Shown: positions 19,701 through 29,302, counted from the stretch's first letter. The stretch: 64,000 nucleotides of DNA from Pseudomonadota bacterium (GCA_030653935.1 JAURYL010000018.1:79268-143267); one strand, 5' to 3'. A program made the numbers and translations. Notes: generated by a model not told the origin, from the letters alone.

Positions 19701-19717
19701 TCAACCCGGCGCGCGGG

Positions 19718-22237
19718 TTACGCCACCGGGGCCACTGGCGCCACCGGCGTCAGTTTCCAGATTTCGGCGTTGTATTCCCGCATGGTGCGGTCGGTGGAAA
19801 ATTTGCCGCTGCTCGCGGTGTTGAGGATGCTCATCCGGCTCCAGCGGTCGCGGTCGCGGTAGGCTGCCGCGGCCTCGGCCTGGGCATCGATGAAGGCGCG
19901 GAAATCGGCCGCCACCAGCCAGGGGTCGTGCGGGTCACGGATGGCGTTGATGATGGGGTCGAACAGGCCGGCCTCGAAGCGGTTGAAGTGGCCGGATTCG
20001 AGCAGGGTCATCACCCGCTTGAGGTCGGCGTCGGCTTCGATCAGCGCGTTCGGGTCGTAGGTCGCGCGGGTGGCTTCGACTTCCTCGGCGGTGAGGCCGA
20101 AGAGGAAGAAATTCTCGTCGCCCACTTCCTCGCGTATCTCGATGTTGGCGCCGTCCAGGGTGCCGATGGTGACCGCGCCGTTCATCATGAACTTCATGTT
20201 GCCGGTGCCGGAGGCTTCCTTGCCGGCGGTGGAAATCTGCTCTGACAGGTCCGTGCCCGGGGCGATGATTTCCATCGCCGAAACCCGGTAGTTGGGCAGG
20301 AACGCGACCTTGAGGCGGCCACCTACCTGCTCGTCACCATTGACCATTTCCGCCACCTTGCAGGTCAGGGTGATGATGCGCTTGGCCATGAAGTAGCCAG
20401 GCGCGGCCTTGCCGCCGATCAGCACGCAACGCGGCGTCCAGTCCTGGTCGTCACCGGCCTTGAGACGGGCGTAGAGGTGGATGACGTGGAGGAGGTTGAG
20501 CAACTGCCGCTTGTATTCGTGGATGCGTTTGACCTGAACGTCGAACAGCGCGTCGGGATCGAAATCGACGTTGCAGTCGTGCCGTACCAGCACCGCCAGG
20601 CGCGTCTTGTTGGCGTGCTTGACCGCTTGCCACTGGGCGCGGAATTCGGGGTTTTCCGCGAGGGGAGTCAGGTCGCGCAGGGTATCGAGCTGGCGAATCC
20701 AGGCGTCGCCGATGTTCGCCGTGATGAGCTTCGCCATCTCCGGGTTGGCCGAGGCCATCCAGCGTCGCTGGGTGACACCGTTGGTCTTGTTGTTGAACTT
20801 TTTCGGCCAGAGCTCGAAGAAATCGCGGAACAGGCCTTGCTGGAGCAATTCCGAGTGCAGCGCGGCGACGCCGTTGACGGAGTAGCTGCCGACGATGGCC
20901 AGGTAGGCCATGCGCACCTGCGGGTCGGGGCCTTCCTCGATCAGGGACATGCGCGCCAGGCGGGCGGCGTCGCCGGGCCAGCGGCGGGCGACATCGGTGA
21001 GAAAGCGGGTGTTGATCTCGTAGATGATCTCCATCTGACGCGGTAGTAACTGTCCGAACAGGCGTACCGACCATTTTTCCAGCGCCTCGGGCAGCAGGGT
21101 GTGGTTGGTATAGGCCATCGTTTTCGATGTGATCGCCCACGCTTCGTGCCACTCCAACCCATGCACATCCACCAGCAGGCGCATCAACTCGGGTACCGAG
21201 CAGCTCGGGTGGGTGTCGTTCAACTGGAAGCAGTTCTTCTCGGCGAACAGGCTGAAATCGTGGCCATGATGCTGTACCCAACGCGCCAATACGTCCTGGA
21301 GGCTGGCGGAGGCGAGGAAGTACTGCTGTTTCAGGCGCAGTTCCTTGCCGTTCTCGCTGGCGTCGTTGGGGTAGAGCACCATGGTGATGTTCTCGGCGGC
21401 ATTCTTGGCCGCCACCGACTCGGTGTAGGAGCCGGCGTTGAATTCGCCCAGGTCGAATTCATCGGTGGCCGCCGCGCTCCACAAGCGCAGCATGTTGACG
21501 GTATCGTTCTTGTAGCCCGGTATCGGCGTATCGAAGGGCACGGCAAGCACGTCGTTGCTGTTCACCCAGCGCACGTGAACGCGGCCATCGGTATCTTTGT
21601 AGTGCTCGGTGTGACCGTAATACTGGATGCGCCGGGTATGTTCCGGGCGTTCCACTTCCCAGGGGTTGCCGTCGCGCAGCCAGTGATCCGGCTCCTCGAC
21701 CTGGAGGCAGTTTTCCACGTGCTGGCGGAACATGCCGTATTCGTAACGGATGCCGTAGCCCATCACCGGCAGTTGCAGGGTGGCGCAACTGTCCAGGAAA
21801 CAGGCAGCGAGACGGCCAAGGCCGCCGTTGCCGAGGCCGGCGTCCGCTTCCACGTCGATCAGTTCTTCCAGGTCAAGGCCCAGGCGGCGCAAGGTCGGCG
21901 CCAGTGTGGTGTCGAGGCCGAGGTTGAGCAGCGCGTTGTTGAGCGTGCGCCCCATCAGGAATTCGAGCGACAGGTAATAAGCGTACTTGGCGTCCTTTTC
22001 CTCGTAGCCGTAGCGGGTGCGCTTCCAGCGCTCCATCAGCCGGTCGCGCAGGGTCAGCGCCAGGGCTTGATAGGGGTAATGGGTGGAGCGGCAATGCTTG
22101 TCGCGGCCGAGGAAATTGCCGAAATAGCGGCGGATGTCGAGTGCCAACGCCTCCTCGTCCATGCCGAGTGGCGGCAGTTGTGACAGTTCGGCCGAGGGTC
22201 TGCCGAGACGTAGGGGTTTCAGGCGTGAGTGATTCAT
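19718..22237 (-). CDS. glgP: glycogen phosphorylase (GT35)
   Basis: 839 aa. EASGTGNMKFMMNGAVTIGTLDGANIEI carries the PLP lysine, and LGNGGLGRLAACFLDS is present. Confidence 0.95.
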   Translation of the reverse strand: MNHSRLKPLRLGRPSAELSQLPPLGMDEEALALDIRRYFGNFLGRDKHCRSTHYPYQALALTLRDRLMERWKRTRYGYEEKDAKYAYYLSLEFLMGRTLNNALLNLGLDTTLAPTLRRLGLDLEELIDVEADAGLGNGGLGRLAACFLDSCATLQLPVMGYGIRYEYGMFRQHVENCLQVEEPDHWLRDGNPWEVERPEHTRRIQYYGHTEHYKDTDGRVHVRWVNSNDVLAVPFDTPIPGYKNDTVNMLRLWSAAATDEFDLGEFNAGSYTESVAAKNAAENITMVLYPNDASENGKELRLKQQYFLASASLQDVLARWVQHHGHDFSLFAEKNCFQLNDTHPSCSVPELMRLLVDVHGLEWHEAWAITSKTMAYTNHTLLPEALEKWSVRLFGQLLPRQMEIIYEINTRFLTDVARRWPGDAARLARMSLIEEGPDPQVRMAYLAIVGSYSVNGVAALHSELLQQGLFRDFFELWPKKFNNKTNGVTQRRWMASANPEMAKLITANIGDAWIRQLDTLRDLTPLAENPEFRAQWQAVKHANKTRLAVLVRHDCNVDFDPDALFDVQVKRIHEYKRQLLNLLHVIHLYARLKAGDDQDWTPRCVLIGGKAAPGYFMAKRIITLTCKVAEMVNGDEQVGGRLKVAFLPNYRVSAMEIIAPGTDLSEQISTAGKEASGTGNMKFMMNGAVTIGTLDGANIEIREEVGDENFFLFGLTAEEVEATRATYDPNALIEADADLKRVMTLLESGHFNRFEAGLFDPIINAIRDPHDPWLVAADFRAFIDAQAEAAAAYRDRDRWSRMSILNTASSGKFSTDRTMREYNAEIWKLTPVAPVAPVA

Positions 22238-22256
22238 GGCTGCTGTGCCTTTATAG

Positions 22257-22946
22257 TTAGTCGAGAGGAAGGATAGTCCGCCCGCGCCGCGTCATGAAGC
22301 GGTACAGGGCCCAGGCGGTGAAATAGACGACGTAGAAGGAAAAGATCACGTCGCTGAGAAAGTGTCCGCCCTGGCCCATGCGCATCAGGCCCAACGCCGC
22401 GCCGGCGGCGATGCCGATGCTCAACCAGAGGCGCGGGCGGCGGCTGACGAAGGCGACGGCGAGCAGCACGAAGCCCACCGAGGCGTCGCCACAAACGAAA
22501 GAACAGTTCTTGCGGCATTGATCGCTGATCACCCAGGCCGGGGTGAAATGCGCCGTGCCGCCGAATTCCTCGACCTGGGAGGGGCGGGCGCGGCCCCATT
22601 GATCCTTGAACACCATATTGACCATGAGCCCGGGGCCAAGCAGCATCGCCAGCGCCAGGAACAACGCGGCGGGACGGCGGCCGCGCCATTTCTCCGCCAC
22701 ATCCGCGCGCCCGCGCAGCGACAGTCCCCAGACCAGCAACGGCAGCGCCAGCAGGGCGATGACGAGGACGCCGAGATAGGCGCGCAGGGTGTCGAACAGC
22801 ACGTTCCCGGTCAGCACGAAGCCGTGCTCCGGGCTGTGAAAAGCGCCATTGGCGATCAGGTCGAGACGCGGAAAGGCCAGAAACAGCAGGGCGAAAGCCA
22901 GCGCGGAGACGAGGAGCGCGAGCGGGAAGCGGGGCGCGTTATTCAT
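22257..22946 (-). CDS. PAP2-family lipid phosphatase with an atypical second motif
   Basis: ATG at 22946 (MNNAPRF...). KDQWGRARP is the Kx6RP motif and GGHFLSDV is HxxxD, but the PSGH position reads SFVCGDAS with no His. The 5' end overlaps the upstream ArnT-like gene. Confidence 0.7.
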   Translation of the reverse strand: MNNAPRFPLALLVSALAFALLFLAFPRLDLIANGAFHSPEHGFVLTGNVLFDTLRAYLGVLVIALLALPLLVWGLSLRGRADVAEKWRGRRPAALFLALAMLLGPGLMVNMVFKDQWGRARPSQVEEFGGTAHFTPAWVISDQCRKNCSFVCGDASVGFVLLAVAFVSRRPRLWLSIGIAAGAALGLMRMGQGGHFLSDVIFSFYVVYFTAWALYRFMTRRGRTILPLD

Positions 22947-24462
22947 CGCGGACGCCTTTTCGGGCAAGCTGGTAATCACGCAGCAGCCAGACCTGATATT
23001 CCGGCTTGTAATCCGGGTAGAGATCGAGCCGGATCGAAGCCAACGGCGTTGCCCGCGCGAACCACTCGGCGAGTTGATTCGCGTCGACGTCCCGACTGAC
23101 CAGGATGAATTCGCCGTTCGGGCTGTCACTCAGATCGGCGCTCAAGGCGTAATGGTTGTTGCGTGCGCCACTCGGGTTCAGGTAACGCATGTCCTCGCTC
23201 CAGGGGCGCGCGTAATAACGCAGCAGCGCGTGCAGCTTGCGGTCGTTACTGAGCAGGCGGGCGCCGGGATGGGCTTGCAGGCGCAACGCGACCTCGTGGC
23301 CGAGTTCGCGGTAGCCGGTGATGCGGCCATAGGGGTCGGTCTTGCGGGTCAGTTGGATGTCCAGCAGCCGCGCGATGTCATGGGCGTGATAGATGCCGGC
23401 GGCGATGAGCAGATGCAGCGCCAGCACCGCGACCAGCCAGCGGCGGCGCGCCTGCATGATCCACAGTACCGCCACCAGGGCGCTGGCGCCGACATAGGAA
23501 AACGCCGCCCAGTTGGCGAAGGCGCGGGACAGCAGGCTCAAGCCGATGAAGGCGGCCAGGGGCGCCAGGGTGAAAGCGGCGAGCAGGCGCAAGCGCTGGT
23601 CGCCCAGCCATGCGCTCGGGCGAATCGCCAGGTAGACAAGCGCGGCGAAAGTGAGCGGCCCGAACACAATGAATTGCGCCAGGAAGAACTCCAGCAGAGC
23701 GGCGGGATTGAACAGGCCACGATCCAGTTGCGAGATTTCGGCGGTGTGCTGGACGCTGACGAAATGATGTTGCGCGTTCCAGATCAGGTTGGGCGCTAGC
23801 AGCAACAGCGCAACCGCCGCCGCCGCGTAGGGCTTCGGGTCACGCAACAACGCGCGCCGGCTCGGCTCGATCAGCAGCCAGGCGAGGAAGCCAAGGCCGT
23901 AGAACACCATGCTGTATTTGGACATCAACCCGAGTCCGAGGGCGCCGCCGAGCAACAGCCAATCGCGCCAGCGCCCGGTTTCCGTGGCGGCGACGGTGAA
24001 ATACAGCGCCAGGGACCAGAACAACAGCAACACCGCGTCGGTGGTGATCAGCCAGCCGCCCAGCGAAACCAGGGGCAGGGTGGCGAAAACGAGGGCGCTC
24101 CAGAAGGCCATTTCCTCGCGCCGGGGATGGGTCTGGAACAGGCTGCGCACGCTCTGGAAGAGCACCCAGGCGGTCAGCGGAAAGAGCAGCAGGGAAATCG
24201 CGCGGACGCCGATTTCCGAGTCGCCGAACAGCGTGCGGGAAAGCCAGATCGCCCAGGCCACCATCGGCGGCTTCGAAAAATAACCCCAATCCGGTTGCAG
24301 CGCCCAGGTCCAGTATTGCGCCTCGTCGGCATACAGCTCGATGTTGCCGTGCCAGGCGGCGAGCAGCCGCCAGAGCGCGATCAGGGCGAGGCAGGCGAGC
24401 AGGGCAACACTGTAGCGCCGGCTTCCAGCCGGCATTGCGCCGCCGTCATGGACGCCGCTCAT
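22939..24462 (-). CDS. ArnT/PMT-like GT-C glycosyltransferase (GT39/GT83 type)
   Basis: 507 aa polytopic protein. The N-terminal ELYADEAQYWTWALQPDWGYFSKPPMVAW motif is typical of ArnT-like lipid-linked sugar transferases. Confidence 0.8.
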   Translation of the reverse strand: MSGVHDGGAMPAGSRRYSVALLACLALIALWRLLAAWHGNIELYADEAQYWTWALQPDWGYFSKPPMVAWAIWLSRTLFGDSEIGVRAISLLLFPLTAWVLFQSVRSLFQTHPRREEMAFWSALVFATLPLVSLGGWLITTDAVLLLFWSLALYFTVAATETGRWRDWLLLGGALGLGLMSKYSMVFYGLGFLAWLLIEPSRRALLRDPKPYAAAAVALLLLAPNLIWNAQHHFVSVQHTAEISQLDRGLFNPAALLEFFLAQFIVFGPLTFAALVYLAIRPSAWLGDQRLRLLAAFTLAPLAAFIGLSLLSRAFANWAAFSYVGASALVAVLWIMQARRRWLVAVLALHLLIAAGIYHAHDIARLLDIQLTRKTDPYGRITGYRELGHEVALRLQAHPGARLLSNDRKLHALLRYYARPWSEDMRYLNPSGARNNHYALSADLSDSPNGEFILVSRDVDANQLAEWFARATPLASIRLDLYPDYKPEYQVWLLRDYQLARKGVRDE

Positions 24463-25217
24463 GCCGGCTTCTCCAGCCGCCAGCCGGGCAACAGATGGAA
24501 GGCCAGGACCGTGACCGCGACCAACAATTCAAACGGCCGCGCCAGCGGGTAGCCGCTGTTGTAATCGAACAGCAGCGCGCCGGCGCAGCCGAGCAACAAC
24601 AGCCGCATGCCGAGCACGACGCGGGGCAGCGTCGCCCAGTCCAGCCGCCGCGCCCAGTACAGGCCCAGCAGGCCCGAGGCCCAGCCGCAAAGGATGCCGC
24701 CGATCACGTCGAGCGGCCAGTGGGCGCCGACGGCGACGCGGGAAAATCCCGCGAGCAGCGCGGCGGCCAGAATCCAGCCAGTCGCGCTGGTGCCGCGCAG
24801 GCCGCCGACCAGCACGGCGGCGAGCACGAATATGGTGGTGGTGTGGCCGGAAGGAAAGGCGCCCGCGACCAGAACGCGACCGATGACATGGGCCTGATCG
24901 CCAAGCACGGCGTAGGGACGCGCCACGTCCAGAGCGTCCTTGAGCCCGTGCGTCAGCAGGGTCGCGGGCAGGCTGGCGAGTAGTACCGCCAGTGCCAGAT
25001 CCGGGCGTCGGCGCAGAAGAAGCAATGACAAGGTCAGCGCCACCAGGGCATCACCCAACACCGTCAGATTCGACCAGAGCACGGCGGGCAGCGCCGCAGC
25101 CGCGTGATTGAGCGCCAGGAACGCCGCCTGGTTGCGCGCCGGGTCGCTCAACGGCAACAACACCAGCAGCGCGATGGCGGGCAGCAGCCAGAGGGTGATC
25201 GGCTGGCGCGTTTTCAT
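24459..25217 (-). CDS. PAP2-family phosphatase (LpxE/undecaprenyl-diphosphatase-like)
   Basis: The canonical acid-phosphatase motifs PSGHTTT and SRVAVGAHWPLDV are present. The stop overlaps the next gene. Confidence 0.8.
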   Translation of the reverse strand: MKTRQPITLWLLPAIALLVLLPLSDPARNQAAFLALNHAAAALPAVLWSNLTVLGDALVALTLSLLLLRRRPDLALAVLLASLPATLLTHGLKDALDVARPYAVLGDQAHVIGRVLVAGAFPSGHTTTIFVLAAVLVGGLRGTSATGWILAAALLAGFSRVAVGAHWPLDVIGGILCGWASGLLGLYWARRLDWATLPRVVLGMRLLLLGCAGALLFDYNSGYPLARPFELLVAVTVLAFHLLPGWRLEKPA

Positions 25218-25230
25218 CCTGGATTCCTCA

Positions 25231-25370
25231 GTTGACCGCCTCGTAGGAGCGGGCTTGCACCCGCAAGGGGCACGCCGGATTCGTAAAGCCGCTGAAGCGG
25301 CAACGACTCCGCTGCCCGCGATGCAACGGTTGCTATCGCGGGCAAGCCCGCTCCTACGAGGTGGTTGACC
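25231..25370. repeat. MITE-like element with about 20-bp inverted ends and flanking GTTGACC direct repeats
   Basis: cctcgtaggagcgggcttgc ... gcaagcccgctcctacgagg. GTTGACC occurs at 25231-25237 and 25364-25370. The interior cacccgcaaggggcacgccggattcgta..gctgaagcg is shared with 14110-14170. Confidence 0.65.
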
Positions 25371-25383
25371 AGGAAGTTTCGGC

Positions 25384-26895
25384 TCATCTCACCCTCGCCA
25401 GAACATAGCTGCGCTCGCGGAACACCACCTCGCTGGCGGGCAGCTCACTCAGTTTGCTTTCCCGGGTGAGCACCAGATCGCCCGCGCGCGGCGGCCGTTT
25501 CTCCACGCGGCGTTGCGCGTAGGTCTGGAAGCTGGGGGTGTTGATGCCATGCAGCAGCAGCGGGCCGGACAGGTCACGGGCGAGCAGGCCGGCTTGCTTC
25601 ACCGGCCCCTGCTGCACCTGGCCGACGATGGGCAGCAGGAACATCGCCACTGTCGCGCCCGCCAGCAGGCCGTTGGCGCAGAGCGCGAAGCGGGGCTTGA
25701 TGCCGCGCAGGAGCAGCGGCAACAGGCTGATCACCAGCGCCGCGCCACACCACAACCAATAGGTCGCGCCGAAGTGGGCGCCGATGCCTTCCGCCAGCAG
25801 CAGATCATCCGGTTTCAGTCTGGGTAGGGCCTGGTCCAGCAACATGGGCACGGCGAGCAGCAAGGCGAAGGTGGCGGCGCCGGTGAGCGCCAGCAACCAG
25901 CGCGCCGCCTTGTGGTCGGCCTGCGCCGCCAGAATCAGCACCAGGCCGCCATAGCCGTAATAGACGTAGTGCGGCAGTTTGGTGCCGGAGAAGGAGAACA
26001 GCGCGAAAGCGAGCAGGAACCACAACAGCCCGAAGCGCAACAAGTCGTCGCGCCAGATGCTTTTCAGCCGCGCCAGCGCGATCAACAGCAGGCCCGTATG
26101 CGGCAGCAGCGAGATCAGCACCACCGGCACGTAATAGAAGGGGTCGCCGCCATGGCCTTCCATCGGCGTATCGAAGCGCGACAGGTTGTGCTTGAAGAAG
26201 AAGCCGGTGAGAAAGCCCGTGCCCTCATGCCAGGTCTGGATGGCGAACCAGGGCAGGGCCACCGCCAGGAACAGCAATAGTGGGCCGGGCGGCAGCGCCC
26301 AGGCGAGGAAAGTGCGCCAGTCGCGGCGCGTCGCGCACCACAGGAACATCGCGCCCACCGGGATCAGCAGCGCGACCGGCCCCTTGCTCAGGAAGCCCAG
26401 CGCCATCGCCAGCCACGCCGCGTAAAGCCAACGCTGTTCGCGTTCACGCAGCCACAACCAGGTGGCATAGCCGGCGCAGGCCAGCAAGAGATTGAGCAGG
26501 GCATCCGCCGTCGCCGCCCGGGTGATGATGATCAGGCCCGCCGCCGTGGCGATGATCAGCGCGGCGGCCAGCCCCGCCCTGTGATCGCGTACCCGGTTGA
26601 CGAAGCCATAGGTGACCAGAATCCACAGGCTGGAAGCCAGCGCGGAAGGCAGCCGCCAGGCGAACTCGCCGTGACCGAGCAGGCTCACCGCCGCCGCTTG
26701 CAGCCAGTAGATCAGGATGGGCTTGTCGTGGCGCGGCTCGCCCAGCAGGTAGCTGGAGAGAAAGTCGCCGCGCAGGAACATTTCCGTGGTGGAGGCGGTG
26801 AAGGCGCCCTCATCCAGATCGAATAACGGCGGAATGCCCAGCGCCAGGAACGGAAACAGGACCAGGACCGCCAGCAGCAGGCGATCCCGGCTCAT
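25384..26895 (-). CDS. ArnT/PMT-like GT-C glycosyltransferase, second paralog
   Basis: 503 aa. PLFDLDEGAFTASTTEMFLRGDFL...RHDKPILIYW is an ArnT-like N-terminal loop. About 12 TM segments. Confidence 0.8.
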   Translation of the reverse strand: MSRDRLLLAVLVLFPFLALGIPPLFDLDEGAFTASTTEMFLRGDFLSSYLLGEPRHDKPILIYWLQAAAVSLLGHGEFAWRLPSALASSLWILVTYGFVNRVRDHRAGLAAALIIATAAGLIIITRAATADALLNLLLACAGYATWLWLREREQRWLYAAWLAMALGFLSKGPVALLIPVGAMFLWCATRRDWRTFLAWALPPGPLLLFLAVALPWFAIQTWHEGTGFLTGFFFKHNLSRFDTPMEGHGGDPFYYVPVVLISLLPHTGLLLIALARLKSIWRDDLLRFGLLWFLLAFALFSFSGTKLPHYVYYGYGGLVLILAAQADHKAARWLLALTGAATFALLLAVPMLLDQALPRLKPDDLLLAEGIGAHFGATYWLWCGAALVISLLPLLLRGIKPRFALCANGLLAGATVAMFLLPIVGQVQQGPVKQAGLLARDLSGPLLLHGINTPSFQTYAQRRVEKRPPRAGDLVLTRESKLSELPASEVVFRERSYVLARVR

Positions 26896-27857
26896 TCGTT
26901 GGGAGGCTCGCGCAACAGGTATTGCGCCTTGCCGCCGGGTTCGTGCCAGATGCGGGTGAGCAACTCGCCGAGGATACCCATGCCGATGAAGTTCGCGCCC
27001 ATCAGGGTGAACATCACGCCCAGTTGCAGCAGCGGCCGGCCACCGATATCGGCGTGGGAGAAAAGCTTGTACCCGAGCAGGTAGACCAGGATCAGCAGGC
27101 CGGGAAAGAACATCGCCGCGCCGATGCCGCCGAAAGCGTGCAGCGGACGGTGCAGGAAGCGCAGCATGAACTTCACCCAGACCAGATCGAGCAGCACCCG
27201 GATGGTGCGGTCGATGCCGTACTTGGAGACGCCCTTGGTGCGCGGGAAATGGTTGACCTCGGTCTCCATCACCTTGGCGCCGTACTCATGCGCCAGCGCC
27301 GGGATGAAGCGATGCAGCTCGCCGTAGATCTTCACGTAGCGCACCGCCTCGCGCCGGTACAGCTTCAGCGAACAGCCATAGTCATGCAGGTTGACGCCGG
27401 TGACCTTGGAAATCAGGCGGTTGGCGATCTTCGAGGGGAATTTGCGCAGCAGCGCCTTGTCTTTGCGGTTCTTCCGCCAGCCGGAAATGATGTCCACCTC
27501 GGGGCGGGCATCGAGCATGTCCAGCAGGCGCGGAATGTCGGCCGGGTCGTTCTGCATGTCGCCGTCGATGGTCACCAGCACCTCGCCGCGCGCCGCGTCG
27601 AAACCCGCCTGCATGGCGGTGGACTGGCCATAGTTGCGGCGCAGGAACAACGGCCGCAGCCAGGGTCGGGTCGCCGCCAGTTCCGTCAACAGCGTATCGG
27701 AACCGTCACGGGAACCATCGTCCACACAAATGAACTCCCAGCTTTTCTCCTGCGCCGACATCACGGAATCAACCCTGTTCACCAGATCGAGCAGGTTTTC
27801 GTGTTCGTTGTAGATGGGAGCGATCAGGGAAACGCTGATTGAACTGGAATCCGTCAT
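26892..27857 (-). CDS. GT2 polyprenyl-phosphate glycosyltransferase (ArnC/DPM1-like)
   Basis: SVSLIAPIYNEHENL...FICVDDGSRDGS...IDGDMQNDP (DxD), with two C-terminal TM helices. ATG 27857 is preferred, and an upstream in-frame start exists at 27908. Confidence 0.85.
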   Translation of the reverse strand: MTDSSSISVSLIAPIYNEHENLLDLVNRVDSVMSAQEKSWEFICVDDGSRDGSDTLLTELAATRPWLRPLFLRRNYGQSTAMQAGFDAARGEVLVTIDGDMQNDPADIPRLLDMLDARPEVDIISGWRKNRKDKALLRKFPSKIANRLISKVTGVNLHDYGCSLKLYRREAVRYVKIYGELHRFIPALAHEYGAKVMETEVNHFPRTKGVSKYGIDRTIRVLLDLVWVKFMLRFLHRPLHAFGGIGAAMFFPGLLILVYLLGYKLFSHADIGGRPLLQLGVMFTLMGANFIGMGILGELLTRIWHEPGGKAQYLLREPPNE

Positions 27858-27938
27858 GGAATCGGGCCGAAAAAAAAGTGTGGCGAGTCTACTGGTTACC
27901 TCGGGCAACAGGAACGAAAAGCCGCCCGGCAGGCGCGA

Positions 27939-28625
27939 TCAGACGCCGGCGGGTGGCCCTGAGTCCTCATTGACCGCGTCGATTTCCCGCCGATGGCGGC
28001 GATACAGGGCGATGCCGATCAGGCTGGACACGACGAACAGCAGCACCGCCAGGGTCAAACGCAACTCCGGATCGAGGTTGACGCCGCTGCCGGCCAGCGC
28101 GAACACCAGATTCTGCGGCAGATAGCCCAGGCCGGAACCGGCGAAGAAGGGCAGGGGGCGGACGCTGGAAACCCCGGCCAGGAGATTGGTGCTGGCGTTA
28201 TGGCCCACCGGCAACAAGCGAATCACCAGCGACATGCTGAACGGATGTTGGCGCAGGAAGGCATCCAGCTTGCGAATGCGGCCGGGGAAACGCCGCTGCA
28301 CGAAGCCGCGCCCCAGCCAGCGCGCGTAGAAGAAACCGAACACGCAGCCGAACAGCGTCGCCAGCGTCGCCAGCCCGGTGCCCGCCGCGAAACCCCAGGC
28401 ATAACCGCCAAGAAACGCCACCGCCTGGCGCGGCACGCTCAACGCCGTCGCCAGCCCGCCCACCGCCAGGAACAACAGAATGCCCAGCCAGCCCTTGCCG
28501 CGCACCTCGCTGTCGATCCAGTGCTGCGACAGCATGTCGGCGAACTGGAAATGACTGGCGAGGAAGCCCAGCAACGCCAGCGAGGCCAGCATCACCAACC
28601 CCTTGAGCAGTACGCGCCAGGTCAT
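27939..28625 (-). CDS. TVP38/TMEM64 (DedA-related) family membrane protein
   Basis: ATG at 28625 (MTWRVLLKG...). The motifs are SVPRQAVAFLGGYAWG and IRLLPVGHN. Confidence 0.7.
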   Translation of the reverse strand: MTWRVLLKGLVMLASLALLGFLASHFQFADMLSQHWIDSEVRGKGWLGILLFLAVGGLATALSVPRQAVAFLGGYAWGFAAGTGLATLATLFGCVFGFFYARWLGRGFVQRRFPGRIRKLDAFLRQHPFSMSLVIRLLPVGHNASTNLLAGVSSVRPLPFFAGSGLGYLPQNLVFALAGSGVNLDPELRLTLAVLLFVVSSLIGIALYRRHRREIDAVNEDSGPPAGV

Positions 28626-28769
28626 GACGAACGACGGGAAAAGAAGGAAAAAGCGGCGTGCATGGCGGCGGGGCGGAGAAAAACAGACGTCGGATTCTAG
28701 CAGCGGCAACCCCATTCACCCGCGCGGCTTGCCACGCCGGGAACCCCCGTGTATTCTCCGGCGCCTTCC

Positions 28770-28861
<92 letters not shown>

Positions 28862-28883
28862 ATCAGCATCCAAGCAAGTCCCA

Positions 28884-28910
28884 AAAACCCGCGTAAATGC
28901 GGGTTTTTTC
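28884..28910 (+). terminator. rho-independent terminator after tRNA-Ser
   Basis: aaaacccgc-gtaaat-gcgggtttttt. Confidence 0.6.
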
Positions 28911-29060
28911 GTTTGTGCCTGCGCGGGCCGGTGTCGATTCAGATTGCCCATGTTCCCGGTTACGGCCCGAAACCGCACTGACGACAGACCCAACTGGCGC
29001 GCAGCATATCAAGTCCAGTAGGTCGGGTTAGGCGCGGCTTTTTGCGCCGTAACCCGACAT

Positions 29061-29290
29061 CGGCGGCTGTGTCCGACAGGCTGCTAGAGCTGCCGGATAT
29101 CCGCGTGTGCCTGGCTTTTGCCGCCGGTCACGAGCGGCGCTTGCTCGTCGTGCACGGATGAAGCTGCTGCTCGACGAGAATCTGTCCAGGAGGCTGGTGC
29201 CTTTCCTTCAGTCGGTCTATCCGGATAGCACCCAGGTTGCCTTGATAGACCTGGAGCAAGTTGGCGACCGTGAAATCTGGCAGTACGCAT
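29061..29290 (+). pseudogene. degraded DUF433 antitoxin / DUF5615 (PIN-like) toxin pair
   Basis: A fragment ...SDRLLELPDIRVCLAFAAGHERRLLVVHG* ends in ATGA, overlapping MKLLLDENLSRRLVPFLQSVYPDSTQVALIDLEQVGDREIWQYA. The latter is only the N-terminal third or so of a DUF5615-type protein. The 5' side is cut by a REP (29017-29058) and the 3' side by the glgA terminator hairpin. Confidence 0.45.
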
Positions 29291-29302
29291 GCTGGAAACC
29301 AT

